DNA of 64,000 nt, from positions 1-64,000 of the IMG/VR virus record IMGVR_UViG_3300021376_002797; one strand, 5' to 3'. Shown here in pieces: positions 39,980 to 49,916 of the stretch; within the stretch, counting starts at the first letter, position 1; each line of letters starts with the position of its first letter. Made by a program: the position numbers and the translations under genes. This DNA is from a virus. A model generated the notes under the pieces. That model ran no database searches, was not told the origin of the DNA, and saw only the letters and a list, made by a program, of their open reading frames with translations.

Positions 39980-40453
39980 TTAAAAAAAAACACGTTCTTT
40001 GCTACCAACTATTTGTTTATACCACATACCTTTATCATCTAACCAAACATAAGGATCATCAGGAATGTCGGTCCAACCATGTTTTGTGTAGTATTCAAAA
40101 TCTTTACGTAAAAGGTTTGCTCTATGAGATGAGTGAAATTCTTCACAACCTAACCAATTAGGTAAAATAAATTCACCTTCGATGACTTCATATTCCATGT
40201 TATTTTTAAAACCACGAGATTTCCACACGTCAATAGAGTCGTTGTAATATTGTTTAAGTGCGTTTACATAATCACGCCACATTACAGAACACGGATGATT
40301 TAACCAACCCTTATATGGTTTACCATCTTTACGTAAACGACCTGTGATTGCTGATATAATTTGATAAGCCTCAACACGTTGTTTACCTAAACGTTTATTG
40401 TCTAATGATTCTAATGATTTTCTAAAATCTGAATAAGGAAGAAATGTTTGCAT
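39980..40453 (-). CDS. Pyrimidine-dimer DNA glycosylase-like protein (DenV/MSMEG_6728 family)
   Basis: MQTFLPY...LDNKRLGKQRVEAYQI...NHP...SHRANLLRKD. Confidence 0.85.
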   Translation of the reverse strand: MQTFLPYSDFRKSLESLDNKRLGKQRVEAYQIISAITGRLRKDGKPYKGWLNHPCSVMWRDYVNALKQYYNDSIDVWKSRGFKNNMEYEVIEGEFILPNWLGCEEFHSSHRANLLRKDFEYYTKHGWTDIPDDPYVWLDDKGMWYKQIVGSKERVFF

Positions 40454-40457
40454 AATA

Positions 40458-40489
40458 CAAAGATATAGTTTTTTTTTCTTTTATACAAA
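40458..40489 (-). promoter_or_regulatory. Bacteroidota-type promoter, probably leaderless
   Basis: TTTG-N20-TATCTTTG-TATT-ATG. Confidence 0.65.
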
Positions 40490-40535
40490 CTTTTTTATTT
40501 ATTGATATATTTATATGTAAAAGAAATAAAAAATT

Positions 40536-40991
40536 ATGAAAAGAATTATTAGATTAACTGAATCGGATCTTACAAGAATTGTAAGAAGAGTAATTAGCGA
40601 ATCAGAAAAACCAGCAGCAAAGGATTATTTTGTTAACGAAAATTACACTTCAATGCCAGGAGGAACAAACTTTTATGCGGTAACAAGTGTTGGTGCAGCA
40701 ACCCCAATTAATGATGCAAAAGGTAAAAGTTTCCAAGTAACAGTTTCAGGTGTTATGTATTATAGTAATAATGGTACATGGCAAAAAACCGGTACCTTCA
40801 GTGAAACACTACAACACAGATGTGGTGCCAAATCTAACTTTTGGGCGGCAGAGTGGAATGGTGGTCTTCCAGAAGTAGATACTGGATCTGCAGGATATGT
40901 ATCAAAAATAGGTGGAGGATTAGAAACAGCGTCAAATACCTACTGTAATTCAAAAGGAGTTAAAAACCAATCAAGTATGGGAATTATATAA
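40536..40991 (+). CDS. Hypothetical protein with MKRIIRLTESDL leader
   Basis: TATTTATA at 40508. Confidence 0.8.
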   Translation: MKRIIRLTESDLTRIVRRVISESEKPAAKDYFVNENYTSMPGGTNFYAVTSVGAATPINDAKGKSFQVTVSGVMYYSNNGTWQKTGTFSETLQHRCGAKSNFWAAEWNGGLPEVDTGSAGYVSKIGGGLETASNTYCNSKGVKNQSSMGII

Positions 40992-41010
40992 TAAAAAATT
41001 CGATAAAATA

Positions 41011-41036
41011 AAAAAACCCTCTATGGAGGGTTTTTT
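41011..41036. terminator. Bidirectional terminator
   Basis: AAAAAACCCTC-tatg-GAGGGTTTTTT. Confidence 0.8.
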
Positions 41037-41058
41037 ATTTTATTAATAGAGTTCTTAA

Positions 41059-41610
41059 TTATTTGTCAAAGATACTTGTATTATTATCGTTGAACATTTC
41101 ATTGAAGTCTCTTGTATCTACAGAGTATACCCCTTTGTATTCGTCACCATCCTTCCAAATAATTTGTAATTTAGGGTAGTTAGGGTTATCATTCAAGTTG
41201 ATGATCATTACTTTTTCTGTGATATCATTGTAGTACCCTGTTTTATCTGTTACTGAAAACATTGCAAAATCAGTGTTAGATTTGATCATTTTAATATCTA
41301 AAATGTATGTTTTATCAACTACAGAATCATTTTCATCGTAGTCATAAAAATGATGACTTAATATGTTCTTATCAAAATCAAAAGTATACATTTGGAATCC
41401 CTCGGTAATAGAATCACTAACTTTGTTTTTGAACGACCCAACAGACGTTGGAGATTCGGTATGATCAATTTGTTTAGTTGAATTAACAAAAATTTGTTTA
41501 GTTCCTGCCAAAGGTTGTGATTTTGGTCCTGTGAATACTCCTTTACTAACAAAAGATGAGAAAAGTACTACAGAAAAAAGTACGAAGATGGATTTGATGA
41601 TTGTTTTCAT
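41059..41610 (-). CDS. Secreted protein with signal peptide
   Basis: MKTIIKSIFVLFSVVLFSSF; promoter TTTG-N19-TATATTTG at 41647-41677. Confidence 0.75.
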   Translation of the reverse strand: MKTIIKSIFVLFSVVLFSSFVSKGVFTGPKSQPLAGTKQIFVNSTKQIDHTESPTSVGSFKNKVSDSITEGFQMYTFDFDKNILSHHFYDYDENDSVVDKTYILDIKMIKSNTDFAMFSVTDKTGYYNDITEKVMIINLNDNPNYPKLQIIWKDGDEYKGVYSVDTRDFNEMFNDNNTSIFDK

Positions 41611-41735
41611 AGGTCTTTATTTTTTAGTTATTAATTATTTACAATACAAATATATAGCTTTTATTTTAATTTACAAAAACAAAATTTATTTTTTTTTCTT
41701 TTTTTTATCCCCACCATATAGATGGGGATTTTAAT

Positions 41736-42143
41736 TGGTGGACCTAGAGGGCTCCGACTCCCTCGTCCGGATCATCTTGTTTAAAAGACGACTACATGTT
41801 TAGGTTGGCATTTTCTAATACCCCAAAATATTTGATTTTATCTTGATCAAAAACAAGTATGGTTTGTTCTTCACTATCGTAAACCAAAAACCAATAGACC
41901 ACTCAATTTCGGGTTTAGTGGTAATCTACCTTAGTCACTCCTGTTCCTGAGCGTATGTGATCCGGCTCGCGTATCCGTAAACTTCTTAAGCTACAGTTAC
42001 TTCTTGAGTTGAGATTAGACCCAAAGTCTCAAGGTTGTTTAGCACATTGCCATTTAAAATGTGAATCAGTTTTTAACGAGATTAATTCAGTCCCGACATG
42101 CTTCTTTTATTCAACCAATGCCCGTCAAATCCAATATAGGCCC
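41736..42143 (-). ncRNA. ssrA: tmRNA
   Basis: 5' GGGCCTA pairs with TAGGTCC-A-CCA 3' including G3.U70; GGATTTGACGG; resume context TTTAAAT-GGC-AAT; tag ORF 42051-41986. Confidence 0.93.
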
Positions 42144-42222
42144 CTATATCGTAATTTTATTTTCAAAGAACTTATACAAAGATAATATATTTGTTTTGAT
42201 TATCCAATATATTTATATAAAT

Positions 42223-43401
42223 ATGTTGAGAAAAAAATTTATCTTTGAAACTGACGAAGAAAAAGATGTTGATGAAATGTCTGACTATGAAAAAATCATA
42301 CGTTTAGCAAAAGGTAGACTTAGTCCTCGTGAAGTTTATTTTGAAGATTCAAACGGTAAAGATTATGGTGACATTATTGAAGTCACTTATGATGGTATTA
42401 TTTTTACTTTTGATGGTTTATCTGATTATTTACAATTCTTTTTTCCTGAAGAATATGAAGAAGGTAGTGATGGTGAATATGATGCAAGAAATTATGAAGC
42501 GATGTATTCAGGAAATTGGTCTTGGTATGAAGAGTTTTACGATAGGGATAGTCAAGATTGGGTAGAAGGGTATGTTACAGAAAGATTTAGAAAAAACCAT
42601 TTAGAATTAGTTAGAGATATTGCAAGATTTTTATCACCAACGATTTATACAAAACTTTCAAAAGTTTTAGAAGGAAAGGCGGAGTTTGATTCAGAATTAA
42701 ATATTGAAATAAGAGATTTTTTAGATACAATAAATATTGGTGATGAAATAACAGAGGCTTATACAGATGCAAATCATGCGGCAATTGTAGACGAAGTACC
42801 AAAAGGAATTGAAGATACATATTGTGATTGTTTAAGAAATGTTGGTGTTGAAAGATATAGTCAAAAATATTGTTTTTGGAAATATGAAATGGATTGGGCT
42901 TCTTGTGTAATGTTATTTGCTCGTTTTGGTACCGACGAAGATAATTTTTTAGATCTACTATTTAATGCAATTAAAAAAGAAAATATTTCACATTTACCTG
43001 AGTATTATGAAATGCAGTATCAATTTTGGGACGCCGAAAAATTTGAAAGTACTTGGAATAGTGGTGTTGAAGAAGTATTAGAAAGAAAATTAGAGGATAT
43101 ACAAACTAATACTGAAAATTATAATGAAAAATATAAAGAAATTATAGATAAAGTATCTCAAATTGGAGGAATTAATAATTGGATCTCAACAAAAGATAAA
43201 AAATACCAAATTCTTATAGATGTTATAGATCCATCTACAGGTCAAATTACATATAAAATTAAAAAACCAAATGAATGGAACACTAAGGTAGGAAAAACAG
43301 ATATTGATGGAATAATTAATATAATTTATAACGAAAAATTATTTAATATGATGGAGCACCTTGATAGATTTTCAATACTTAGAAATAAGACGTTCCTTTA
43401 G
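42223..43401 (+). CDS. Hypothetical acidic protein
   Basis: ATG after TATTTATA at 42210; the longer track ORF from 42061 overlaps the tmRNA. Confidence 0.8.
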   Translation: MLRKKFIFETDEEKDVDEMSDYEKIIRLAKGRLSPREVYFEDSNGKDYGDIIEVTYDGIIFTFDGLSDYLQFFFPEEYEEGSDGEYDARNYEAMYSGNWSWYEEFYDRDSQDWVEGYVTERFRKNHLELVRDIARFLSPTIYTKLSKVLEGKAEFDSELNIEIRDFLDTINIGDEITEAYTDANHAAIVDEVPKGIEDTYCDCLRNVGVERYSQKYCFWKYEMDWASCVMLFARFGTDEDNFLDLLFNAIKKENISHLPEYYEMQYQFWDAEKFESTWNSGVEEVLERKLEDIQTNTENYNEKYKEIIDKVSQIGGINNWISTKDKKYQILIDVIDPSTGQITYKIKKPNEWNTKVGKTDIDGIINIIYNEKLFNMMEHLDRFSILRNKTFL

Positions 43402-44418
43402 TATCTCATATAAATACACCAAATCATCATCATTTATAAAAAGTGAATTACCATAAAAAATATCTGATATTGTAATACCATCTTTTTCTTCAATAACATC
43501 GATGCTTTCTAATTGATGAACAGGGTAATCCTCAATTTCTTCATCGTCTTCAAATTGAAGTAATGAGTTCATAACTGTTTGTGGTGTATATACAATTGGT
43601 TTATATTCATACTTATATTTTTTCAAACCCAATTCTTTAACCATATTTAATCCTGCTGTAATTGCATTTTCAACATCTTCTATTGAAACAAATTCTTGAT
43701 TTGAATGCATGTTATAATAACCACATGACATGTTGATACAACAAACATCAATTTTCTTTTTTAACTGTGATATGTCTGTATAAGGGTGAGATTGAACAAG
43801 CATTTCATTTTTAAATGCATTTTCAATAGCGTCAATTGATTTAATAAAAAATTCACTATCACGTTCAAATAAACGAACTCCCGAGCATATCTCGGAGATT
43901 AAGTGATTACCAGGTGCGTCGTATTGTGTGATATACCCGACATCTTGTAAAAAGTTTTCATCACATTTTGAAGAACCGTGACAACCTGTTTCTTCTGAAA
44001 CAAAAAGACCAATTTTTACTTTATCTAATGTTTTTAATAACTCTAAACAAATAAAAATACCACATTTATCATCACCACCAATACCTGTTGGATTACCGTC
44101 TTCGGTGTAAGCTTTTAAACATGGAACCTCATCGTTACCAAACGATTTACCAAATGTATTTGGTCTAATTAGGTTTTCTTCTTTTACTATGATTTTATCT
44201 ACTTTATGATGAACGGTGTCCGTGTGTGAAATAAACATTGGATAAAATTCACCTTCGTTTAATTCACCTTTAGTTGCATATATATTCATCATACCATCTC
44301 GGTAGTAGGAGACGCCTGGAATTGTGTCTAATTCATTACAAAGATATTCTACCATATCTTCTTCTTGATATGTTTTAGAAGGGACAGATAATATTTCTTT
44401 GAATTTATTTATGTTCAT
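43372..44418 (-). CDS. Co-catalytic Zn peptidase (M20/M28/M42 clan)
   Basis: SHTDTV, GGDDKCG, SEETG, QYD, YYNMHS. Confidence 0.88.
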   Translation of the reverse strand: MNINKFKEILSVPSKTYQEEDMVEYLCNELDTIPGVSYYRDGMMNIYATKGELNEGEFYPMFISHTDTVHHKVDKIIVKEENLIRPNTFGKSFGNDEVPCLKAYTEDGNPTGIGGDDKCGIFICLELLKTLDKVKIGLFVSEETGCHGSSKCDENFLQDVGYITQYDAPGNHLISEICSGVRLFERDSEFFIKSIDAIENAFKNEMLVQSHPYTDISQLKKKIDVCCINMSCGYYNMHSNQEFVSIEDVENAITAGLNMVKELGLKKYKYEYKPIVYTPQTVMNSLLQFEDDEEIEDYPVHQLESIDVIEEKDGITISDIFYGNSLFINDDDLVYLYEILKERLISKY

Positions 44419-44466
44419 TTAATTTTTTTATAAAGATAGTATATTTATATAATAAAAACAAAAAAT

Positions 44467-45051
44467 ATGAAAAATATTTTATCAAGTTTAAATGAATATA
44501 AAAAAAGAAGGATTTTAGAGATGCATACAAATAAAAAATCATTTTTATTTGAGGCTGTTGAAAATAAAACAGTTCAATTGGATTGTGTCGCAAAAACGGT
44601 TAATGGTATTGTTGTTAGTCAGGCCGATTTATTGGCTAATTTATGTCCAGCAGCTAAAAATACAACAACCACACAAGCAGGTGCAGGTACAACACCTTTA
44701 GATACCTACGTTAGTAACATGGTTGATTGGAGAAGTAGTGTTATTAATGATAAACTTGCTTCTTTTGGGGGATCTAAAGTTAATGTTAGTGGGTCTGACA
44801 GTAATAAAATTGTTAGTTCGGTTTATATTGAAATGAAAAACCCGAAAGAGGACCCAAAAATGCAAAATTTAATAGCAACACCTACATATAATTGTGTAGC
44901 TCAGGGTACTAATTTAGCGGGAAGCGCACAATATTACGACCTATATTTCAAAAAAGGTAGTCCTGAATATAATGAATTTATGGCCGCTTGTAAATTACAA
45001 TGTCAGGCATCACAGAAAAAAATACAACAAGTTAAATATACAAAACAATAA
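44467..45051 (+). CDS. Cys-containing hypothetical protein with MKNILSSLNE leader
   Basis: Leader near-identical to that of 46341. Confidence 0.8.
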   Translation: MKNILSSLNEYKKRRILEMHTNKKSFLFEAVENKTVQLDCVAKTVNGIVVSQADLLANLCPAAKNTTTTQAGAGTTPLDTYVSNMVDWRSSVINDKLASFGGSKVNVSGSDSNKIVSSVYIEMKNPKEDPKMQNLIATPTYNCVAQGTNLAGSAQYYDLYFKKGSPEYNEFMAACKLQCQASQKKIQQVKYTKQ

Positions 45052-45060
45052 ATAAATAAT

Positions 45061-45591
45061 ATGAAAAGAAAAATTAGATTAACGGAATCAGAACTTTATA
45101 GATTAATAAGAAGGGTTATATCTGAACAAACAACAAAACAAGTAACAGTAACTGTTGATTGTACTGCAAAAACATTAGACACAATGGCAATGACAGCACC
45201 AATGATTACTAAATACTGTACAGAGACGAAGGGTACAACAACTCAAACATTAGCTCAAGAATATAAAATGACTAGAAAGGATCAAATTATTTTAACAAGA
45301 GCCGAATTAGATTCAATTGGCGCCTTTAGTGCTGAGGTTATAATAGATAGTTCTGATAAAGTTTCAGGTGTTTCTTTTAAAATGAAAAAAGAATTAACTA
45401 ACCCGTCAAGTATGGGTGGTGGTATTGCACAACCTTTTTATTCTACCGCCGATGGTGCAGGACAAGGAACAGGTAGAGTTGCGGGTGGAGTAACACAAAT
45501 TAAACCGTATGTTGATGCGGGAGTAACGACTGCAGAAGCGGTAAGAAAATTAGGTGAAAAACAAGCTAAGGCTTCCCAAAGCTTTAAATAA
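45061..45591 (+). CDS. Hypothetical protein with RLTESEL leader
   Basis: Shares the DCxAKT...C...TTTQ segment with 44467. Confidence 0.8.
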   Translation: MKRKIRLTESELYRLIRRVISEQTTKQVTVTVDCTAKTLDTMAMTAPMITKYCTETKGTTTQTLAQEYKMTRKDQIILTRAELDSIGAFSAEVIIDSSDKVSGVSFKMKKELTNPSSMGGGIAQPFYSTADGAGQGTGRVAGGVTQIKPYVDAGVTTAEAVRKLGEKQAKASQSFK

Positions 45592-45606
45592 AAAAACAAT
45601 AATAAA

Positions 45607-45636
45607 AAAAAAGGAACCAATTTGGTTCCTTTTTTT
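45607..45636. terminator. Bidirectional terminator
   Basis: AAAAAAGGAACCA-att-TGGTTCCTTTTTT. Confidence 0.8.
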
Positions 45637-46237
45637 ATTTATATAACATTCTAATAACTTCTTTATCTATTTTAGATAATTGTTGTGTTGTGGTGTAACC
45701 TTCGTAAAAGATACTATCTTCGTAAGTCCAAGAGTCGTTTGCTAAACCTAACGATTGTGTAATTTCTTCAATTATTGCATGTTTTTTATCTAAAGATGAA
45801 ACATCATTTCTAATAAAAATTTTTACATTATCGATAATAATAGTACCACTATAACTATAAATTAAACAATACCCATTACAACTAACGTATTGTAACTGAT
45901 TATAAACATATTTAGAGTTAAAATTATTAAAATCACCAAAATAAACAATTGAATTTGCTTCCGATTTATTTTTTACAATTGTAATTTTTATACTACCAAT
46001 TAATGTATTTAATTCTGTTATTAGACTTTTTACATTGATTAAATCTTGGTTAGTGTAGTAACCATCCAAATACATTTTAATATCTTTATCCCACTTTGTT
46101 ATTTTATTAGTATTATCACCTTTCATTTGATCACTACCATAAGCAACCTCATTGAAATAAGATTTAATTTGTTCTTGTGTTTGACAAACAGAAAATAAAG
46201 TCATAAATAAAAATAAAGAAAGAATAAAAATTTTCAT
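45635..46237 (-). CDS. Secreted DUF2927-like protein
   Basis: Signal peptide; HAIIEEITQSLGLAND...SIFY; promoter at 46264-46294. Confidence 0.75.
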   Translation of the reverse strand: MKIFILSLFLFMTLFSVCQTQEQIKSYFNEVAYGSDQMKGDNTNKITKWDKDIKMYLDGYYTNQDLINVKSLITELNTLIGSIKITIVKNKSEANSIVYFGDFNNFNSKYVYNQLQYVSCNGYCLIYSYSGTIIIDNVKIFIRNDVSSLDKKHAIIEEITQSLGLANDSWTYEDSIFYEGYTTTQQLSKIDKEVIRMLYK

Positions 46238-46340
46238 ATGAGTTATATTAAATAATTATAATACAAACTTACGAAAACTTTTTATATCTACAAAACTATT
46301 TTTTAAAAAAAGATATATTTATTAATAAAATACAAATTTT

Positions 46341-47120
46341 ATGAAAAATATTTTATCAAGTTTAAACGAATCTGAAAAAAGAAGGATTCTTGAGATGCAT
46401 TATAGGACATCGGGTAGACATTATTTGAATGAACAAACACCAGACACAACACCAGCATTCCCAACATCCGGTGTTGAAAAGGATCTTAATTTTCCTGTGG
46501 ATCAAAACATAATAACAAGCCTCAAGGTTAATACTAATGAATTTACAACAAAGGTACGAGTTACTTTTAATCACGATACAGGGGCATCTACCGCAATGTT
46601 AGTTGGAACACCTAAAACAGGACCGTCAACGACATGGAAATCGTCATTTGATTGTAAATGTCCTACATCAACTAGTCCAGACGCAGATATAAGTTCAACT
46701 TACGGATTTATAGAAAAAACATCTGGTTTTAATGGAACTAAAGAAAATCTTAATGCCAATACTACAGTTTCAGGTCCAATGATTCAAAAATGGATTAAGG
46801 AGAGATGTGTTGCGTATTTAAAAGATAAAAAAAAATGTGGACCAGTTCTTGCAACAAGAGGTGAACTGAACGCTCTTTACACAAGGACAACACCAACGGA
46901 TATTCAACCGGGTGACAGAAAAACAATTTGTACATTTGTTAGGGCAAAACAAGGATTTATTGGAATGGATTACCTTTACGATCAAAGAAAAATAATGGAT
47001 AATTTTCTAAGTAATATTGCATTTTATGCTCCTGGAACAGATCAAGAAACTTTTGATAACACTAGCTCTCAAGATTTAAGTGATAAAGGAGAACTATTTT
47101 GTAAAGGTTGGGGATTATAA
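46341..47120 (+). CDS. Cys-containing hypothetical protein with EKRRILEMH leader
   Basis: MKNILSSLNESEKRRILEMH...LNEQ. Confidence 0.8.
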   Translation: MKNILSSLNESEKRRILEMHYRTSGRHYLNEQTPDTTPAFPTSGVEKDLNFPVDQNIITSLKVNTNEFTTKVRVTFNHDTGASTAMLVGTPKTGPSTTWKSSFDCKCPTSTSPDADISSTYGFIEKTSGFNGTKENLNANTTVSGPMIQKWIKERCVAYLKDKKKCGPVLATRGELNALYTRTTPTDIQPGDRKTICTFVRAKQGFIGMDYLYDQRKIMDNFLSNIAFYAPGTDQETFDNTSSQDLSDKGELFCKGWGL

Positions 47121-47141
47121 ACCCAATAAAATAATAAAATT

Positions 47142-47167
47142 AACCCACCCCAATAAGGGTGGGTTTT
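47142..47167. terminator. Intrinsic terminator between convergent genes
   Basis: AACCCACCC-caataa-GGGTGGGTTTT. Confidence 0.75.
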
Positions 47168-47617
47168 CTATTTACGTAAATTAAAATGATTTACAATTAA
47201 CAATGTTGATTCATTATTTACAATATCATAAAATAAAAGATGAATGTATGAATCGTTATCATCTATATTAAATTTTGCGATAAAACTATAGGATATTTCT
47301 TTTTTATTTAATTTTATTTTTGATTCCACTGTAATACTATCATTATTTTTGATAACACTATCAATCTTGAATGTTCTTATTTCTGTTTCAGTATTAGGGT
47401 AAGAACTTATTTTAAGTAAAGACGAATCTAAATCAAATATAAAAATTTCTTTTAGTTTTATGTCTTTTTCTGTTTCTGTGTAATCACAAATTGGTGTTTG
47501 AAACGAGGACCGACCTAATTTACCATATAAATCAACTCTATATATTTCAAATATGATTTTTTGTGAAAATGAAAAAAAGGATGTGAATACTAATAAAAAT
47601 AAAAAAAAAGTTTTCAT
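47168..47617 (-). CDS. Secreted protein with signal peptide
   Basis: MKTFFLFLLVFTSFFSFS|Q; promoter at 47644-47674. Confidence 0.75.
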   Translation of the reverse strand: MKTFFLFLLVFTSFFSFSQKIIFEIYRVDLYGKLGRSSFQTPICDYTETEKDIKLKEIFIFDLDSSLLKISSYPNTETEIRTFKIDSVIKNNDSITVESKIKLNKKEISYSFIAKFNIDDNDSYIHLLFYDIVNNESTLLIVNHFNLRK

Positions 47618-47675
47618 AAATAGTTTATTAAATGATTATAATACAAATATATAAAAACTTTTAATATTTACAAAA

Positions 47676-49892
47676 CTATTTTTTACGTTTTGTTGGTTTT
47701 TTTATTTTAACTTCAGTTTTTTTATCTTTTTCGTTATATGATAAAATGAATTTTGAACCTTTTTCAGGGTTGTCACTAATTACTTTATCAGTAACCGCAT
47801 CATCGACCCACTTTTGAATGGTTCTTTTCAATATACGAGCACCGAATCTAGTGTCAGTACCAACACCTATAATGTGTTTTTTTAATGTCTCATCGACCTC
47901 CAATTCAAAATCAATTAAAGAAACTCTTTCATACACTTTTTCAAGTTCCAAATCAACAATTTTTAATAGGTCGGTCTCATTAAGATCTTTAAAATAAATA
48001 ATTTCATCAAACCTATTTATAAATTCAGGTGCAAACTTTTTAAATAATTCTTTTTCTAATAGAGATTTTATCTCCTCTTCCTTTTTCTCAACTTTTGAAT
48101 TTGTTGCAAATCCAACACCTGTACCAAAATCTTGAACTATCTTTGTTCCAACATTAGATGTCATTAAAATAATACAGTTTTTGAAATTGATTTTTCTTCC
48201 GTGACCATCAGTTAAAAATCCTTCATCTAACATTTGTAAAAATACGTTAAATATTTCAGGATGTGCCTTTTCAATCTCATCTAACAAAATAACAGAATAT
48301 GGTTTGTTTTTAATTTTATTTAAAAATGGTGATCCATCTTCATACCCAACATAGCCTGGTGATGTTCCTGTGAGTTTTGATGTTGCAATCTTATCTGAAA
48401 ATTCACTCATATCTAATCTAATAAGTGCGTCTTCAGTATTAAACATATGTTTCGCTAATTGCTTAGCCAACTCAGTTTTACCAACACCTGAATTACCAAT
48501 TAATAATCCACTAAATATTGGTTTTTTAGGGTCATTTAATCCGACCTTATTTCTTTGTATTGCTTTTGATATTTTTGCAACTGCATCATCTTGACCAATA
48601 ACTTTTGTTGATAGCGTATCTTTGAGTGTTTTTAATTGTTCTGTCTCATCTGTTGATATTTTTGATATTGGTATTTTTGTAATAAGTGACGCGACATCAT
48701 ATACAATATCTTCTGTAACTTCTCTTTTGAATAAATTTCTATTTTTTTCAAATTCCGCCTTTTCTCTTTCTAAATCATTCAAAACTTTTCTTTCCTTATC
48801 TCTAAGATTTGCCGCTTCCTCGTATCTTTGACTGTTTATTACTATAACCTTTTCTTCTTTGATTTCTTGAGCCTGTCTTTTTAAATCTTCAATAATTTCA
48901 GGTAATTTTATTTCAACTTGTGATCTAGCTCCAACCTCATCAATAATATCAAACGCCTTATCAGGAAACTCTCTATCTGTGATGTAACGGTCCGCTAACT
49001 CAACACATAGTTTTAATATATCATCACTATAAGTTACTTTATGGTGATCTTCATATCTATCTTTTGAATTTTGAAGTATCTGTAAGGTCTCTTCTTTTGT
49101 TGAAGGGTCCACCATTACTTTTTGGAATCTCCTTTCAAGTGCACCATCTTTTTCAATATTTTTTCTATATTCTTCTAAAGTAGTTGCACCAATACATTGT
49201 AGTTCTCCTCTTGAAAGTGCAGGTTTAAATATATTTGAAGCATCCATCGATCCTGAGGCATTTCCCGCACCAATCATTGTATGGATTTCATCAATAAAAA
49301 TTATAATATCGGGGTTATTGTATAATTCTTCCATAATCACTTTCATTCTTTCTTCAAATTGTCCTCTATATTTTGTTCCAGCAACAATTGATGTCATATC
49401 TAATGAAACAATCCTTTTACCTGATAAATTTTGAGGACAATCACCCTCAAATATTTTCTTTGCTAAACCTTCAACAATTGCCGTTTTACCACAGTTATGT
49501 GAAACCACACCATTTGATATGTATTTTCTTTCATTATCTAACACCTCAAGATCAAAAGTATTATGAACACCAATCTCTTCTTTCTCAATAACCTCATGTA
49601 GGTTATTATCTTCAAAATAAATTGAGTTTCCAACATTTAAATTTTTTAATCTTAACCAATATGAATCATTCATAAATTCAACAAAATCATTATCACTTGT
49701 TTGCCCAACTTCAACTAAATGGTCTTCAGATCCTGAAAGTTCAGACCCGTTTGATAGTTTTATTTTAAAACAATTTTTATTTTGTTTTTTATATAAATTA
49801 CCAACAAGTTTATAACCCGACGGAGTTTTAATTTTGTATGTCCCACCTTCGTTTTTTACAAGGTTAAAAAATTCTTCAATTTTAATTTTCAT
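47676..49892 (-). CDS. clpC: IntC (133 aa) fused to the C-terminal part of a ClpC-like AAA+ chaperone
   Basis: ...SHN|CGKTAIVEGLA, GTKYRGQFEER, FIDEIH, LERRFQ, UVR-type M domain, GNSGVGKT, LLDEIEKAH, RFGAR. Confidence 0.92.
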   Translation of the reverse strand: MKIKIEEFFNLVKNEGGTYKIKTPSGYKLVGNLYKKQNKNCFKIKLSNGSELSGSEDHLVEVGQTSDNDFVEFMNDSYWLRLKNLNVGNSIYFEDNNLHEVIEKEEIGVHNTFDLEVLDNERKYISNGVVSHNCGKTAIVEGLAKKIFEGDCPQNLSGKRIVSLDMTSIVAGTKYRGQFEERMKVIMEELYNNPDIIIFIDEIHTMIGAGNASGSMDASNIFKPALSRGELQCIGATTLEEYRKNIEKDGALERRFQKVMVDPSTKEETLQILQNSKDRYEDHHKVTYSDDILKLCVELADRYITDREFPDKAFDIIDEVGARSQVEIKLPEIIEDLKRQAQEIKEEKVIVINSQRYEEAANLRDKERKVLNDLEREKAEFEKNRNLFKREVTEDIVYDVASLITKIPISKISTDETEQLKTLKDTLSTKVIGQDDAVAKISKAIQRNKVGLNDPKKPIFSGLLIGNSGVGKTELAKQLAKHMFNTEDALIRLDMSEFSDKIATSKLTGTSPGYVGYEDGSPFLNKIKNKPYSVILLDEIEKAHPEIFNVFLQMLDEGFLTDGHGRKINFKNCIILMTSNVGTKIVQDFGTGVGFATNSKVEKKEEEIKSLLEKELFKKFAPEFINRFDEIIYFKDLNETDLLKIVDLELEKVYERVSLIDFELEVDETLKKHIIGVGTDTRFGARILKRTIQKWVDDAVTDKVISDNPEKGSKFILSYNEKDKKTEVKIKKPTKRKK
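49494..49892 (-). mobile_element. Split intein C-fragment (IntC), no endonuclease
   Basis: Block B SGSEDHLV, block F TFDLEV, block G YISNGVVSHN, +1 Cys. Confidence 0.9.
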
Positions 49893-49916
49893 ATTTTTTA
49901 TTTAATTTTTTTTATT

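Noticed and set aside
41736-41770. Stand-alone tRNA
   Set aside because: It is the 3' tRNA-like half of the tmRNA; no other tRNA was recognised in the window
42061-42222. N-terminal extension of the 446-aa ORF
   Set aside because: Overlaps the tmRNA and its promoter; ATG 42223 follows TATTTATA
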